This document shows positions 24,788 through 37,999 of a DNA stretch of 64,000 bases, piece by piece. Each line of letters starts with the position of its first letter. Position 1 is the first letter of the stretch. Origin of the DNA: Selaginella moellendorffii (Eukaryota; Plantae; Lycopodiophyta); assembly GCF_000143415.4 (NCBI RefSeq), contig NW_003314347.1, forward strand, positions 62,001 through 126,000, read 5' to 3'. The notes under the pieces are model-generated. The model searched no databases, was not told the DNA's origin, and saw only the letters and a program-made list of their open reading frames with translations. The position numbers were made by a program, and so were the translations under genes.

Positions 24788-27057
24788 ATGGTGAAGAAGA
24801 GCAAGAGTATGTATCGTAGCTAGAGCCGAGGTCTGTGATCTAATCGTTTCTTCTTTCCCCAGAGAGCAAGAGCAAGCGCGTCCCATTGCGCAAGAAGTAC
24901 AAGATTATCAAGAAGGTGAAGGAGCACCACAAGAAGAAGGCCAAGGAAGCGAAGAAGCAAATTGGGAAGAAGAAGCCGAAGGTCGAAAAGGATCCAGGGA
25001 TTCCAAATGCGTGGCCTTTCAAGGAGCAAGAGCTCAAGGCGCTCGAGGAGAGGCGTGCCAGAGTTCTTAAGGAGCTAGAAGAGAAGAAACTAGCTAAGAA
25101 ATTACGTGCCAAAGAGCGAGTAAGTTTCTTTCTTTTCTCGTTCTGTGGATTCATTCGGTGCGTGAATGTCTTCTTCTTTTTCAGGCAGAACTTCGGAAGC
25201 GTGGTGTTCCCGAAAAAAATGAGCTCGATGATCTTGTACACGATACCGAAACTAGGACAACGCAGTTTGAGAGAGCCTCACGGAATAAGACTTCTGGTTC
25301 TTCTTCTCAAGGTATTTTTTGAAGTTTTTCTGCTAGCTAGTTTGGCTTAAAGAGGAACTTTGAGCGCAGATGGATCCAAAAGAGCTTTTTACAAGGAGCT
25401 CTTGAAGGTGATCGAGGCGTCTGATGTTATCATCGAGGTTCTCGACGCTCGGGATCCTCTGGGAACACGTTGCCCCGACATGGAACGCCTGGTTTTCAAG
25501 TCGCAAACATCCAAGCGTCTAGTTCTCCTGCTCAACAAGATAGGTTCGTAAAAACGAGTGTGTTTATCGCTGTTGTGATAAAAGTTTTCCCGGCAGATTT
25601 GGTTCCAAAAGAGATTGCCGAGAAGTGGCTCAAGTACTTGAGAGAAGAGCTGCCGACGGTGGCTTTCAAGTGCAACACGCAAATGCAAAGAAGCAATCTA
25701 AGTCGCAAGAAGTCGAAGTCGAAAGTCATTCTGGAGACAAGTAGTGACTGCCTGGGAGCCGATACGCTCTTACAACTCTTGAAAAACTATTCCAGAAGCG
25801 ACGAGGTTAGCTATTGATTTGGCTCTTCTTCCTTCTGACCTTTGTTCTTCGTACGCCAGCTAAAAAGAGCCATCACAGTCGGGATCGTCGGCTTGCCAAA
25901 CGTTGGGAAGAGCAGCCTCATCAACAGCTTAAAGAGATCACGGGCAGTAAGTGCCGGAGGAACGCCTGGATTGACAAGGACGATGCAAGAAGTGCAGCTA
26001 GACAAGCATGTCAAGCTACTCGACTGCCCCGGAGTTGTCTTAGCAAGCGCAACTGACTCCAAACCTCTCATGGACTTGCGAAACTGTACGAGAATCGAGA
26101 AGCTTGCAGACCCTGTGGCACCGGGTAAGTCGTGATTTTGACTGCGTTTTTGTAATGTTCCTGAGTTATTTCTTTGCTCTTGCCTTTACAGTAAAGGAGA
26201 TAGTGAGCAAGTGTGGTCATGAGAAACTGATGACCTTCTACAAAATACCTTCATTCAACACGGTGGACGAGTTTTTGCAGCTCGTGGCCACGATTCGTGG
26301 CAAGTTTAAGAAAGGTGGTGTTGTGGACACTGAGACAGCGGCCCGGATAGTCCTTTACGAATGGAATGAAGGTAAGCAACGATCGAGAGAGAGAAGGGCT
26401 TCTTTCGCAAGATTGCTGACAGGGGAAAATACCTGTTCTTGCTTTGCAGGGAAAATCTCGCATTACACTGTGCCTCCCGTGAGAGAACCAGCAGGGCCTT
26501 CCGAATCAGCCATCGTGACGAGCTGGGGAAAGGAATTTAACGTGGACGAGGTTTTCAAAAGAGAACAGTCCACTGTCATTGCGGGTCTTCCATGTTTAAG
26601 CGATGCGGATCATACGGAACTTCCAGCAGGCGCTCCAATGTCTATGGACGTTACAATGATGGAGGTAAGAAAGTCATTTTTTTCCTCGGGATTCCTTTGG
26701 ATTGAGCCACATCCTTCTTTGTAGAACTCCGACGACGAAGATGAGAAGATTAATGAAGAAGGCGATAGAGTTGCGGAGTCCCAAGCGATGGATACGGCTG
26801 AGCTCCCGGCGAGAAAAGAGAAACAAGCCGTTCAGACTGAGAAGCTGTATGACGAGGAAGGCATTTTCAATCCTCGTCTGGCCAAGGCAGAGAAGAGGCG
26901 ACGGAAAAAGTCGACGAAAGAGTCTGCGGCGATGGAGGGGACTTACGATTTCGACGTGGACTACGTTGACAGTGCTCCCCTCAAGAAGAAACAGCAGAAG
27001 AATCAGAGCAAGTCCAAGCAGAAAACCAGAGCAAGATCAAGCGATATGGAGATCTAA
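24788..27057 (+). CDS. NSN1: Nucleostemin/GNL3-like circularly permuted GTPase (multi-exon)
   Basis: MVKKSKKSKSKRVPLRKKYK basic N-terminus, KDPGIPNAWPFKEQEL, VLDARDPLG, then G4 NKID, G1 GLPNVGKSS, G2 TPGLT, G3 DCPG in permuted order; GT-AG introns. Confidence 0.93.
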
Positions 27058-27731
27058 ACGAGAAACGTTTGGAAATTTGTTATCTCCTGGATTGCATATC
27101 CTCCTGGGATCCTCAAGTTCGTAGAATAGAGTTCAAAAAGGTTTTGGAGTTAGCCTTTTTTGATAGATTATAAGGGATTACCCTCAATGTTGAGGGTTCG
27201 TACATACCACGTCAATGACCCTAGAAATGTTAAGTTTTTAGACAAGGATGAATTAAATGTCTGGTTGGAACTCTTACTTGTGGAGATGTTATGAAATTCC
27301 AAATTCGTGTGGATAAATGTACTAAGAGGATTGTTGAGGCATGTTTTAAGACTTTTGATTGTGGATCTGCTATTGCATCATATTCCTATGGTAAGTTTAT
27401 AATTATATGTTTTTCTTAACTTTTTTTTTCTTTTAGCAACTGATTGAATAAAAGGTAAAATTGTGAATGAAATCATGAAATTTGTTAATAAGAAATTAAA
27501 TATGTAATTTTAAATATCACTTCTAATATTAACTTTTTCAAACAATTGTAAAACACCTTTATTTACTGCTACATTGCAGCTAAGGATGGCATAAAATTTA
27601 CTCTATTAGATTATTTGCCTAAGCAAAACAAAAAACTTACAAAGAGTTTCATGAGCTGTATAATTTTGATGCTTTTTCTCTCTTTTGTAATTGGAATCAC
27701 TTACACCATTATAATATTTTTCAATTCTCAT

Positions 27732-30642
27732 TGTAAGGTTTATAAATACATATACATATATACATTACCTTGCCTAGGTAATACATTAATTATAATACTA
27801 AAGCATATAAACCATCCATTTGAAACTAAATCTAATCCATCCATTTTTGTATATAAACAGGGATCTAAACCCCAGTTAATATATCTATTTTTATATCCGA
27901 AACATTCACATTGATGGAGATAAAAAGCATTACAATTTAAAAGGCAAAGTTTTTTAGCAATGCTTTGCTTTAGTGTTCGGGATCATATTTTTTGTTTTTA
28001 TTTCTTCATTCTCTTTTAAATATAAATTTGTATTAGTTTTTTGCAAGATTTAGAACTCTAGCTATCTCTACTCTTTTTTCTGATCTTTATTATATTCTCT
28101 TCTCTTACCATGCCACACCATCATTGATTAAGGAGTATGTTATTTAAGGTTGTTAATGTTGCTTCATTGAATCGAACTTTTAGTGCTATGAAGTGTGACT
28201 ATGTTAGTGTTTCATCCATCCTTAATCTGTTACCGTCTCTAACTTCTATAGGACATGATTACACAGCTTGTCCTGTTCTTGGTGCTCTACTGTCTTTCGT
28301 TAATATAGAGCATGATTATGACATTGATTGGCGAGCTATGGATAATACAGTCTAGTTCTTAGAGAATATTCAAAGATTGAGTTTATGGAAAGACAATGTG
28401 TATGAGTGGATTCTAGATCGTTTTAATGAGTTTAATTATTATAAAGATAGCTTTGGAGATGAAGTGGAGATTTCATGGAGTAAGTGTCAGTCTTTCAATC
28501 TACCATTTGATCCTTTCTTTTTACCTTTTACTCTTTCCCATTTTTTTTTTTATTTCTTAGCTTAACCCACCTTCTTATGTTTTTAGTATTTTTTCCTTAT
28601 TTATAGTGTTTTCTTCTCTTGGCACATCAATTATTTGTGACTCTTATGATTTTCATTCTTAATCCAGTGTTGAGTTGAATGTTTTATGTCTTCTTTATAC
28701 TAATTTAGATATTATGTATGTGCATGAAGTTGAAAATCTTGTTCTTGTTTCATTAGCAAAGCTTTTGATCAATTCTGGTGTTGAGTATTCTTTTGTTCCA
28801 AAGGTTAAATCACTTTGGTCAGAGTTTCAAGTTAAATGCATATCCCTAATTATGAGTTCTAATAATAGTCTTTATTTTGCTAAGAAGTTTATGTGTTCTC
28901 TTGAGAGTGTGGATATTTCTATTAATTTTCCCATCTTAAGTGTTGAGTTATGTATTAAGGAGGTTGAATAGTATGAATCTTTTATTTATATTGTGGTGGC
29001 CGAAGTATTTTATAATAAGAAGTCCTTTATTTTCCAAGTTTTGAGTATATATCCTTTTGATTTCCTCATTTTTGCATTACCAACTGCTATAATTCCTTTT
29101 TTTATGTTTATTTATCCACTTTTTCTTCTTCCCCAATAGTTTTTCATCAATTTTTCTCATTTTTTCCTTTTTTTTTGACATTTCAAACTTTTTTTTCTTC
29201 GAAAGAAAGGGTAGAAGGGATGGATGGAAGTTTAGCCCCAATGATGGAGTAAGAATGAGTGAATATGGTAATGGAGCGAGGATGAACAATATGAATTATG
29301 GAGTGAAGATGAGTATAATGAATCCAAACAGAACATTTAACCCTAATGTAGTGAGGCTGAATAGATGTGATAATAGAGTGAGGCCAAACATAAATAGTGG
29401 AGTGAGGATGAGTGCAACGAGTCCAAATAGAGCTAGTGCTTCAAAGAAAAAATTCCTTCGAAGAGGGGGTAAAGAGGATGTGGAGGACAAATGAAGTGAG
29501 TTCAATTTCTTATATATAATTCTAAATAAAGATGAAGAAGTGGGTTTTATTTATGCTCATGAGTCCAAGTTAATAGTCATTTTGAAGGATCCTCAATAAA
29601 TAGACTTGGAGACAGGATATATTATTTACTACAATGGTGCTTTATGGATTGTAATGGCTCTCAAAATCCTTTATTTTGGTTCAAAGTTATGGTTTTGATG
29701 TTAGTTTGAACGTTTGGCAATTACACATAAAGTTGCAATTGGTTCATTGGGACTCCGTAATCGATTAATACTTATGTCATGGCTCTGGGTTTTCTTTCAG
29801 TCATGGTTATTAACAACATTATTAGTGGTTTTGTAGGAGTTTCATGTTCTTATGATAGTTTAGAATTGTCCAACAAAAACTCTAAATGTTTCACAAGATT
29901 TATTGTCATCACTTTTTCATCTTCTAGAGAGGAGGATGGTGTAAGATTTGTAAATACATGTATTAGGTAATACATTAATTATAGTACTAAAATATACAGA
30001 CCATCCATTTGGGATTGAATTTAATCCATCTATTTTTGTATATAAGTAGTGGTTTAAACCTTAATTAATATATCCCGAGTAGTTTATATAAGAGAAAAGA
30101 TTTTTTAAACTTTCTTGGTATGATATTATAGAATATTAGCACAAAGATGAGATATTGCTTAGAGATAAGATATATTATTTGCTACAATGATGCTTTATGG
30201 ATTGCAATGGCTCTAGAAATCCCTTGTTTTAGTTTAAAGTTATGACTTCAATATTGGTTTGAGCATTTAGCAGTTGCACATGGAGTTACAATTGATTCAT
30301 TAGGATTCTGTAGTTGACTAATATTTATGTTGTGGCTCTGGGTTTTATTTTAGTCATGGTTATTAACAACTTTGTTAGTGGTTTTATGGGAATTCAGGTT
30401 CTTATGATAATTTATAATCGTCCAACAAAAGCTCCAAATGTTCCACCTGATTTATTATCATTATTTTTTCATCTTTTGGAAGGGAGGATGGTGTAAAGTT
30501 TGTAAATACATGTATATATATACATGTGTTAATACATTATTTATATAAACCATTTATTTGAGACTAAATCTGATCCATCCATTCTTATATATAAACAAGG
30601 GTCTAAACCCCAATTAATATACTTATTCTTATATCCCAAACA
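27732..30642 (+). mobile_element. Degenerate AT-rich element with short (~150-170 bp) LTR-like direct repeats
   Basis: Repeats starting TGTAA at 27732, 29940 and 30493; the first and last end in ...AAACA (27904, 30642); purine tract GGAGGATGG precedes the two downstream copies. No TSD, PBS or coding domain recognised. Confidence 0.5.
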
Positions 30643-30720
30643 GTTTATATAAGAGAAAAGATTTCTTACATCTTCTTAGTATGATATTATAGAATATCGG
30701 CACAAAGATGAGACCTTGCT
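29609..30720. repeat. ~553-bp tandem duplication
   Basis: GAGA(C/T)A(G/A)GATATATTATTT starts at 29609 and 30162; each unit contains the short LTR-like repeat and the first ~25 bp of the DAO-like exon (GCACAAAGATGAGA). Confidence 0.8.
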
Positions 30721-31643
30721 TGCAAAAGTAAAAAGGTGGTCCATGGTTTCCTGTGCAAGGCTCAAGGAGCTCACCACCCTCGACCAAAACTTTGGTGTGA
30801 GAATGCGAATATCCAACTTCTTTATGAATCGAGTGGAGAACTGAGTAAAGTATACGGCTTCTGCCACAGACCCCAAGATCATCCAAGAGCTTGGCATCAG
30901 ACAAAGCTATGGAGTTGTGGACACTTACCAGCACATAGCGCCAGTTATTGACATGGAAGAGTTTATGTTCCAGCTGACAAGCTTTCTCTCCAAGCACCCA
31001 ATGTGCAGCCTTGACACAACCTATGGAAGTATTGACCAGGATTTGCTCGAAGTGGAGGACACTCTTCGCAAGGCTTACAAGGTCGATGCTATTGTGAATT
31101 GCCTGGGCTTGGGATTTTGCCAAGGACGAGCAGGGGAGCTCTTCTTAACGATGGAACCAGGTTCCCAGTTTTGGATCAGTGCTTGTGTGTCTCCCTCCAT
31201 AGGCGAGAGGCCGCTGAAGACAGAAACGAGAAAACACTGGTTGTGGGAGGAATAGCCAAGGAGGGCGAAGTCAATAACATTGAAAAGGTATCAGTGGTAC
31301 TTGTTTGCTGGATCGTTTTTAGCTAGAAATCTTTGCAGGATTATGAACCAGTGAAGAAAATGTTGGCCGGAGTTTGAGCTTCTATCCACCTCTGAGGAAC
31401 ACTGACATGTCCGACTACTCTCTCAGGACTGAGGCAGGCTCGCATAGAAAACATCAGGCTTGGAAGAGAGACAAGGCTGACAAAAGATGGCAATCCTTCG
31501 GCTATAGTCCATACCTATGGTCATGGTGGTGGTAAATGTTTCGTTTTTTTCGTCTTCTTTATTAACCTTGCTTTGATTTTCCAGGATTTGCTCCATTTGG
31601 TTGCGCAGAGAACCTAGTAGCCATCGCTAAGAGCATTCTCTAG
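30693..31643 (+). pseudogene. D-amino-acid oxidase (DAO)-family FAD oxidoreductase, microbial type, copy 1; 5'-truncated and frameshifted
   Basis: Stitched translation: RHKDETLLAKVKRWSM...GVRMRISNFF...YGVVDTYQHIAPVIDM...VDAIVNCLGLG...NDGTRFP...NEKTLVVGGIA...SGLRQARIENIRLGRE...AIVHTYGHGG^GF...GCAENLVAIAKSIL*. Contains DAO hallmarks (IVNC.GLG, GLR, H.YGHGG.G, GCA), an in-frame stop and frameshifts. Confidence 0.8.
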
Positions 31644-31792
31644 CAACAAAAGATCTTGACTAATTATAATGGTAAACGAGAATTTATTGAGACTTTAGCC
31701 CTTAATCTGCTTATGGGATGACTTCTCTTTCATCTCGTCCTTTTGATATGGAACTCGATGTACATTATCAGCCAACCTCCTGGCCTTATGGA

Positions 31793-32827
31793 CTAATCAA
31801 TGGCATAGTAATCGATGGTGATATTTTTACTAAAGTTGTTTTCCAGCCTCTTATTCTCAAATCTCAACTTCAAATAATCTTCCTGCATAAAGCTTTTGTA
31901 CTTTGGGTGACCACTCGCAAATTCTGGAATAGGAGCGATTCGAGTTTTGCCTTCGGGGAGATAGCTGTATACAAATGAGAAACGTTGAGCCTTGTTCGCT
32001 ACTACACGATGAACGGCACCTTTGTAAAGTCCGTTGGTCCACACCTTTTGGGTTGAAAACAATGTGAGAAAAATATTTAAACAAATACCTCCTGATCACT
32101 TACTTGTAAGATGTCTCCAAGGTTTATAATCAGTGAATTTTCTTCTGGCACTACAAGGTGCCAAGTACCATCTTTGAGGACCTGGTAACCAGGAACACGA
32201 TTAAGCTGGGACACCATGGTGAAGATGGTACCATCTTGATGAGGGGCGAGAACTTGGCCCTGATAGTCGGAGCAAGCTGGATAGTGGAGAAAATTGTAGT
32301 AATCTGCATTCTTGTCATAGCACTTGCGGAGAGTTTCGCCAGGAGCTCCCAAGCTTTGGGACAAAATGGTCATCAAGTTGTGGCCCAGGTTTTGCATTTG
32401 TTTTGACAATTCCACGGCATCTGGCCTGTGATTCACTAGCAAGCTATTTAGGAATCTCTAAACTTTTGTGAAAGTACCTGAAGCTCGATATTAAATCTGG
32501 CCACAAGGTGGACTTATCTTCTGCAGCAATCATGAAATGCTCCTTTCGATCTAGAGGTCCTCCTTTAGCACCACTTTGGTGCACGAAACCAACTGAATTG
32601 TTGGCGGTAGTAAATTTGCATTTGTATTCCAGAGGGAGCTCAAAGAAGCTGTGAGCATTTTGGAGTGCCTTGCTCAAGATGTGAGAATCCAAACCATGGT
32701 TAACCAATTGAAATAGACCAAATTCCTTACACGCTTTGTTGATCTTTTCCAACGATTCTAGGCGTTTCCTAGCAATTCCTGGGTCTTCCATAAATAATGC
32801 AAAGTCCACCACTGGAATGCCCTCCAT
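31793..32827 (-). CDS. 2-oxoglutarate/Fe(II)-dependent dioxygenase (DOXC class), copy A, 307 aa; exons 32827-32478, 32425-32104, 32044-31793
   Basis: IPVVDF...ACKEFGLFQLVNHGL N-domain; HQD...H iron triad (LAPHQDG; GAVHRVV) and RFS 2OG-binding motif; two GT-AG introns (52 and 59 nt) restore one open frame. Confidence 0.93.
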
Positions 32828-33063
32828 TTGATTACAACTGAGAATGTATTGGGGTGGAGCTTCTTAAGTACCAATTCTTTGTTCTCGGCTAAAGATTCTT
32901 GCCATGAAACACGACGGGAAACATGCCGGCTGAAGACGACTTCAGAAAGGTATATATAATATAAATCCTTCTTCCTAAAGATTTGTGGTATGAAACACGA
33001 CAAGTGTAATACTAACTTATGTGTTCGAACGCGACATATTATCCAGGTTCATATGATCAGACA

Positions 33064-35901
33064 TTAGCTGGCTGATGCTTCTAGCTTTGCCATGAGCGAG
33101 TAAGTGGATGTTTGTGTAACATCCAGCTTGAGCAACGCAGCATACGCAATCCTCCCAATCACCACATTGTTCCACTTCTCACACGCCGCCAGCAACGTCG
33201 TCCAAGTCACAACGCTGGGATCGTACGGCATCGTCTCCACAAGCCTGAGTGCCTCCTCGAGACGATTCGCGCGACCCAGCATGTCGACGAGGCAGTGATG
33301 GTGCTCGATCCCGGGCACCACCCCGTACACTTGGATCATCGCCCGGAACCATCTCTTCCCGGCGTCCACCATGCCCGCCCGGCTGCACGCCGCCAGCAGC
33401 GAGAGAAAGGTGACGCCGTTTGCATGGACGCCTTCACGTAGCATGGCGTGGAAAACCTCAAGAGCCCGGGTGGTGTTGCCTTGGACCGAGTGCACGGAGA
33501 CGAGGGCGCTCCAGATCACGGGGTCCGACCCCGTCTCGATCGACTCGAAGACCCGCTCGGCGTTTCCGGAGGATCCACACTTCCCGTACAGGTCCACCAG
33601 GCAGCTCGCCACCAGCAAGTCCGTCTCGATCGCCCCGCGGCAAATCTCGGCGTGGATGCTCCTGCCAGTCCCGAGGCAAGCTAAGTTTCCACCGGCCATG
33701 AGCGCTGCCGCGAAAGTCCGAGCGTTTGGAGCTACCATGGAGTTGTGCTTCATCCAAGAGAAGATCTCCAGGCCGAGGACACTCTCGCCGTTTTCCACGT
33801 AGCTGAGGATGAGAGCCGTCCACGAGACAACGTCGTGAAACTCCATCATATCAAACACTTTGCGAGCGTCCAAAACGCTGCCAGACTTCCCGTAAGCGTT
33901 GATCAGGGCACTCTCCACGAAAACATCCCAAGATTCGGACACAAGGGCTTGCGAGTGGATCTTTATCACCTTCTCCAAGCAGCGCGCTTTCACGAGCTGG
34001 GATCCATCCCCGGATCGCTGTGATTCTTCTCTCACCGCCAAACCAGCACAGGCTTGCAACGCAGCCACGAAAGTCCGAGCAGTCGGCTCGCAGTGTTGGC
34101 GCTGGATCATGCTCGAGAAGAGCTCGAGAGCGAGCTGGTCTTGTCCGTTATCGGCATAGCCGAGGATCATCGTGTTCCACGATACAGCGTCGCGACCATC
34201 CAGCATCCGATCAAAGACAGCCCGAGCGCTCTCCAGGCTCCCACACTTGACGTAGAGATCGATCAAAGTGTTGGCAACGAAAGTGTCCGAGTCACAGTGG
34301 CTTTGAGCTGCCAGAGCGTGGATCCTCGTCCCGAGTTCCAGGCAGCAAGCGCGAGTAGCATTGCTTTGCGTCGAAACGGCCAAGTTGGAGGCCGCCACTA
34401 GCACCGAGCTGAAGGTCCGAGCACTGGGAACGCATCCTTCGAATCGCATTTGCTCAAAGAGTTCGATGGCGGTCTCGTCCTGGTCGTTGCCGGCATAGCC
34501 GAGGATCAAAGTGCTCCAGGACACAGCGTCGTGATCCAGCATCCTGTCAAAGACTCTCCTGGCGTCCATCAAGCTTCCACATTTGGAGTACATGTCGACG
34601 AGTGTGTTTGCCACGAAAGTCTCCGACTCGTAGCTCCTCTTCAAGATCTCCAAGTGAAGAGCCATTCCCTTCCTCAAGCTCTCCACCTTGACGAGCTTTC
34701 CATCGATTTGCTGTCCAATTTCTTTCGCTGCCAAGCTCGAGCAAGCGACGAGCGCAGCGACGTAAGTTCTGGCATTTGGTTGACACTGCTGACACTCCAT
34801 CATTTGCTGGAACAATCCAAGTGCTAGCTCGCCAAAACCATTCTCAGCGTATCCCAGGATCAAACACGTCCAAGTCACCACGTCCCTCTGGAGCATTCGA
34901 TCGAAAACTTTGCGAGCTTCTGCAAGGTCTCCACACTTGATGTATAAATTCACTAGCGAGCTCGCCAAGAACATGTCCGACACGCAGCCATCGTCCAGAG
35001 CTCGAGAGTGAATCGCCATCCCTCTTTGCAGGACAGCAACTCTTCTGTCGACTTTCTTCTCTTTCTCGGCCAAGCTCGTGCAGGCCACGAGAGCAGCAAC
35101 GTAAGTCCGAGCATTCGGAGCGCATGCATCCAACTCCATAGTCGAGAAGAGTCCCAAAGCCAGTTCTTCCTCGCGGTTCTCCGCGTAACCGCATATCAAA
35201 GACGTCCAAGAAACCACGTCTCGAGCAGGCATGGTGTCGAACACCTTGCGAGCATCCCGCAAGCTTCCACACTTGGAATACATATCGATCAATGCATTTC
35301 CAACGTAGATATCCAAGAGCAACCCGGCAGCCAGAGCTTGAGAGTGAAAAACCATACCTTTCTCGAGAAACTTGATCATGACAGCCTTTCGTCCATGGCG
35401 GGCCTCTTCTTGCTCCTCTTCATCCCCTCTCTCTTTCTTCAAACCCGTCGAGCTCAAGCTGGCACAGGCCTTCAATCCAGCCACGAAAGTTCGAGCATTG
35501 GGTTTCAGTCCCTCTTGCCGGATCCTTGAGATGGACTCGAGAGCTAGCGTTTCATGCGAGTTCAGCGCAAATGCCAGCACGAGAGCGTTCCAGGAGACGA
35601 TGGTGCGCTCCGGCATTGCCTCAAACACTGCCATGGCATCCACCAGGCCGCCACATTTGGCATACAAGTTGATCAACGAGTTGGCGACGAAGACGCTGGA
35701 GCAGCAGCCATCACTGCCGCCGAGGACGTCGGAATGGATCCTCTTTCCGGCGTTGAGCTCTCTGATTGAGCCGCTACTGCAAGCCTTGATCGCCGCCATT
35801 AGAACCTCCAGAGATGCTTCTTCTTCTTCCTCGCGATAGAGGCGAACCAACGTACCCATGAGGTCTCGCCAGCGCGATTTGCGATGGATGTGGCATCGCA
35901 T
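33064..35901 (-). CDS. PLS-class PPR protein with C-terminal E domain, no DYW (~945 aa, intronless)
   Basis: Repeated ..MYSKCGSL.DAR.VFD.M..RDVVSW motifs; HHHCLVDMLGRANRLEEA...MPYDPSVVTWTTLLAAC ending; first in-frame ATG at 35901. Confidence 0.9.
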   Translation of the reverse strand: MRCHIHRKSRWRDLMGTLVRLYREEEEEASLEVLMAAIKACSSGSIRELNAGKRIHSDVLGGSDGCCSSVFVANSLINLYAKCGGLVDAMAVFEAMPERTIVSWNALVLAFALNSHETLALESISRIRQEGLKPNARTFVAGLKACASLSSTGLKKERGDEEEQEEARHGRKAVMIKFLEKGMVFHSQALAAGLLLDIYVGNALIDMYSKCGSLRDARKVFDTMPARDVVSWTSLICGYAENREEELALGLFSTMELDACAPNARTYVAALVACTSLAEKEKKVDRRVAVLQRGMAIHSRALDDGCVSDMFLASSLVNLYIKCGDLAEARKVFDRMLQRDVVTWTCLILGYAENGFGELALGLFQQMMECQQCQPNARTYVAALVACSSLAAKEIGQQIDGKLVKVESLRKGMALHLEILKRSYESETFVANTLVDMYSKCGSLMDARRVFDRMLDHDAVSWSTLILGYAGNDQDETAIELFEQMRFEGCVPSARTFSSVLVAASNLAVSTQSNATRACCLELGTRIHALAAQSHCDSDTFVANTLIDLYVKCGSLESARAVFDRMLDGRDAVSWNTMILGYADNGQDQLALELFSSMIQRQHCEPTARTFVAALQACAGLAVREESQRSGDGSQLVKARCLEKVIKIHSQALVSESWDVFVESALINAYGKSGSVLDARKVFDMMEFHDVVSWTALILSYVENGESVLGLEIFSWMKHNSMVAPNARTFAAALMAGGNLACLGTGRSIHAEICRGAIETDLLVASCLVDLYGKCGSSGNAERVFESIETGSDPVIWSALVSVHSVQGNTTRALEVFHAMLREGVHANGVTFLSLLAACSRAGMVDAGKRWFRAMIQVYGVVPGIEHHHCLVDMLGRANRLEEALRLVETMPYDPSVVTWTTLLAACEKWNNVVIGRIAYAALLKLDVTQTSTYSLMAKLEASAS

Positions 35902-36006
35902 TCTTGGCGGCCACAAGTGCCCAAATGCCCGCCTCCGCGAGAGCTCATCCTGGAACCAAAAAATAGGGCGTTTGACTAGTCACTGGTCATCAAAAGCCCT
36001 AATATC

Positions 36007-36850
36007 AGCTCCACCCTAATAAAATGTCACCCAGGAATTGTTAGGAAACGCCTAGTATCGTTGGAAACGATCAACAAAACGTAACGAATTTGGTCTGTTT
36101 CAATTGGTTAACCATGGTTTGGACACATCTTGAAAATGCTCACAGTTTCTTTGAGCTCCCTCTGGAATACAAATGCAAATTTACTACCGCCAACAATTTC
36201 AGTTGGTTTCGTGCACCAAAGGAGGACCTCAAAGATCGGAAGGAGCATTTTCTGATTGCTGCGGAAAAAAAATCCACTTTGTGGCCAGATCTACCACCAA
36301 ACTTCAGGTGGTTTGTAGATTATTATATGTTTTTAAGTAGCTTGCAGAATTGTCACAACAAATGCAAAAACTGGGACGTAATGGCAATTTTGTCCCAAAG
36401 CCGCAATTGCTATGACAAGAATGGAGATTATTACAACTTCCTTCACTATCCAGCTTTCTCAGACTACCAGGGCCAAGTTCTCGCCCTCATCAAGACGGTA
36501 CCATCTTCACCATGGTCTCCCAGCTTAAGGTTAACTTGGCATCTTGTGGTGCCAGAAGAAAATTCACTGATTATCAACCTTGGAGACCTTATACAAGTAA
36601 GTGATCTGGATTAACTCATTCTTTGTGGTTTACAACCAAAAAGGTGTGCACAAACGGACTTTACAAAGGTGCTGTTCATCGTGTAGTAGCGAACAAGGCT
36701 CAACGTTTCTCCTTTGTTTACAACTATGTCCCCGAAGGCAAAACTAGAATCGCTCCTCTTCCACCCAAAGTAGATTTATTTGAAGTTGCGATTTGAGAAC
36801 AAGAGGCTGGGAAACAGCTTTAGTAAAAGCATCACTATCAAATTGATTAG
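36007..36850 (+). pseudogene. 2OGD pseudogene, copy of A/B with deletions and frameshifts
   Basis: Collinear with copies A/B (NAHSFFELPLEYKCKFTTANN; YYNFLHYP; HLVVPEENSLIINLGD; same intron sites) but the start is lost and the frame is broken. Confidence 0.88.
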
Positions 36851-36929
36851 TATTGAAATCAATAAAAACTAATTCAATTGTCATGGTCAAGCCGAGGATC
36901 AAAGCTCGGATAAAAGACCCAATTGTACA

Positions 36930-37955
36930 CAAAGACTCTCCAGGTGTCCATCAAGCCTCTGCACCTTGTGTTATCCTGCCAGCGACATCACTTCTGGTTG
37001 ACACTGCTGCAGGAACAATCCAAGTGCTAGCTTGCCAAAGCCATTCTTGTGGAGCATTCTTGCGCCAACTTGACGTAAAAATTCACCAGCAAGCTCGCAA
37101 CGAACATGTCAACTCGCTCATCCAGAAATTGAGAATGAATCATGATCTCCCGTTGCAAGACAAACTTCACAACTCTTCCACTGACTTTCTTCTCTTTCTC
37201 GGCCAAGCAGGGTTTAGAATGAAAGCACGTGGATGTGCTAGACGTGGTGCAGGAAAACATCAGCGGGAGATCGAGCGAGCAGTAAGTCCGAGCATTGGGA
37301 GCGCATACATCCAACTCCGTGTCCCAAAGCCAATTCTACCTCGTGGGTCGCTGCATATCGAAGATGTCCAAGAAACCAGAGAGAAACCCGGCAGCCAGAG
37401 CTTGAGAGTGAAAAAACTATGCCTTTCTCAAGAAACTTGTCCATGGCGGGCCTCTTCTTGTTCCTCTTCGTCGGCTCTTTCTTTCTTCGAACCCATCGAG
37501 CTCAAGCTAGCACAGGCCTTTCAATCCAGCGACGAAAGTTCAAGCATTGGGTTCCAGTCCCTCTTGGCGGATCCTTGAGATGGACTCGAGCGCTATCATT
37601 TCATGCGAGTAATGCCAGCATGAGAGCGTTCCAGGAAACGATGGTGCGCTCCAGCATTCCGCCATGGCATCCACCAGGCTGCCGCATTTGGCATACAAGT
37701 TGATCAGCGATGTTAAAGAAACAAGTTACAGTGCAGGTAGGAAGTGCATATGCTGCGTTTTCCCCCTTGGGCAAGGGAGCGAGTTGGCAGACGCTGGAGC
37801 AGCAGCAATCACTCCGAGGATGTCGGAATGGATCCCTTTCCCGGCGTCGCTTCTTCTTCCTCGCGATGGAGGCGAACCAACGTACCCATGAGCACGATTT
37901 GAGTTGGATGAGCATCCTTGGCGGCTGCAAGGGCCCAAATGCCCGCCTCCGCGCC
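36930..37955 (-). pseudogene. PPR pseudogene, degenerate copy of the 5' part of 33064-35901
   Basis: Shared strings such as CCCAAATGCCCGCCTCCGCG (~35920 vs ~37934) and ERTIVSWNAL; fragmented ORFs. Confidence 0.85.
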
Positions 37956-37999
37956 AGGCTTTTGAGTCAATATTTTAAAAATCAAAACAAGTCAATACA

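Noticed and set aside
29230-29494. Asn/Met-rich repetitive ORF (NGARMNNMNYGVKMS...)
   Set aside because: Short and low-complexity, inside the degenerate AT-rich element, with no evidence of an independent gene.
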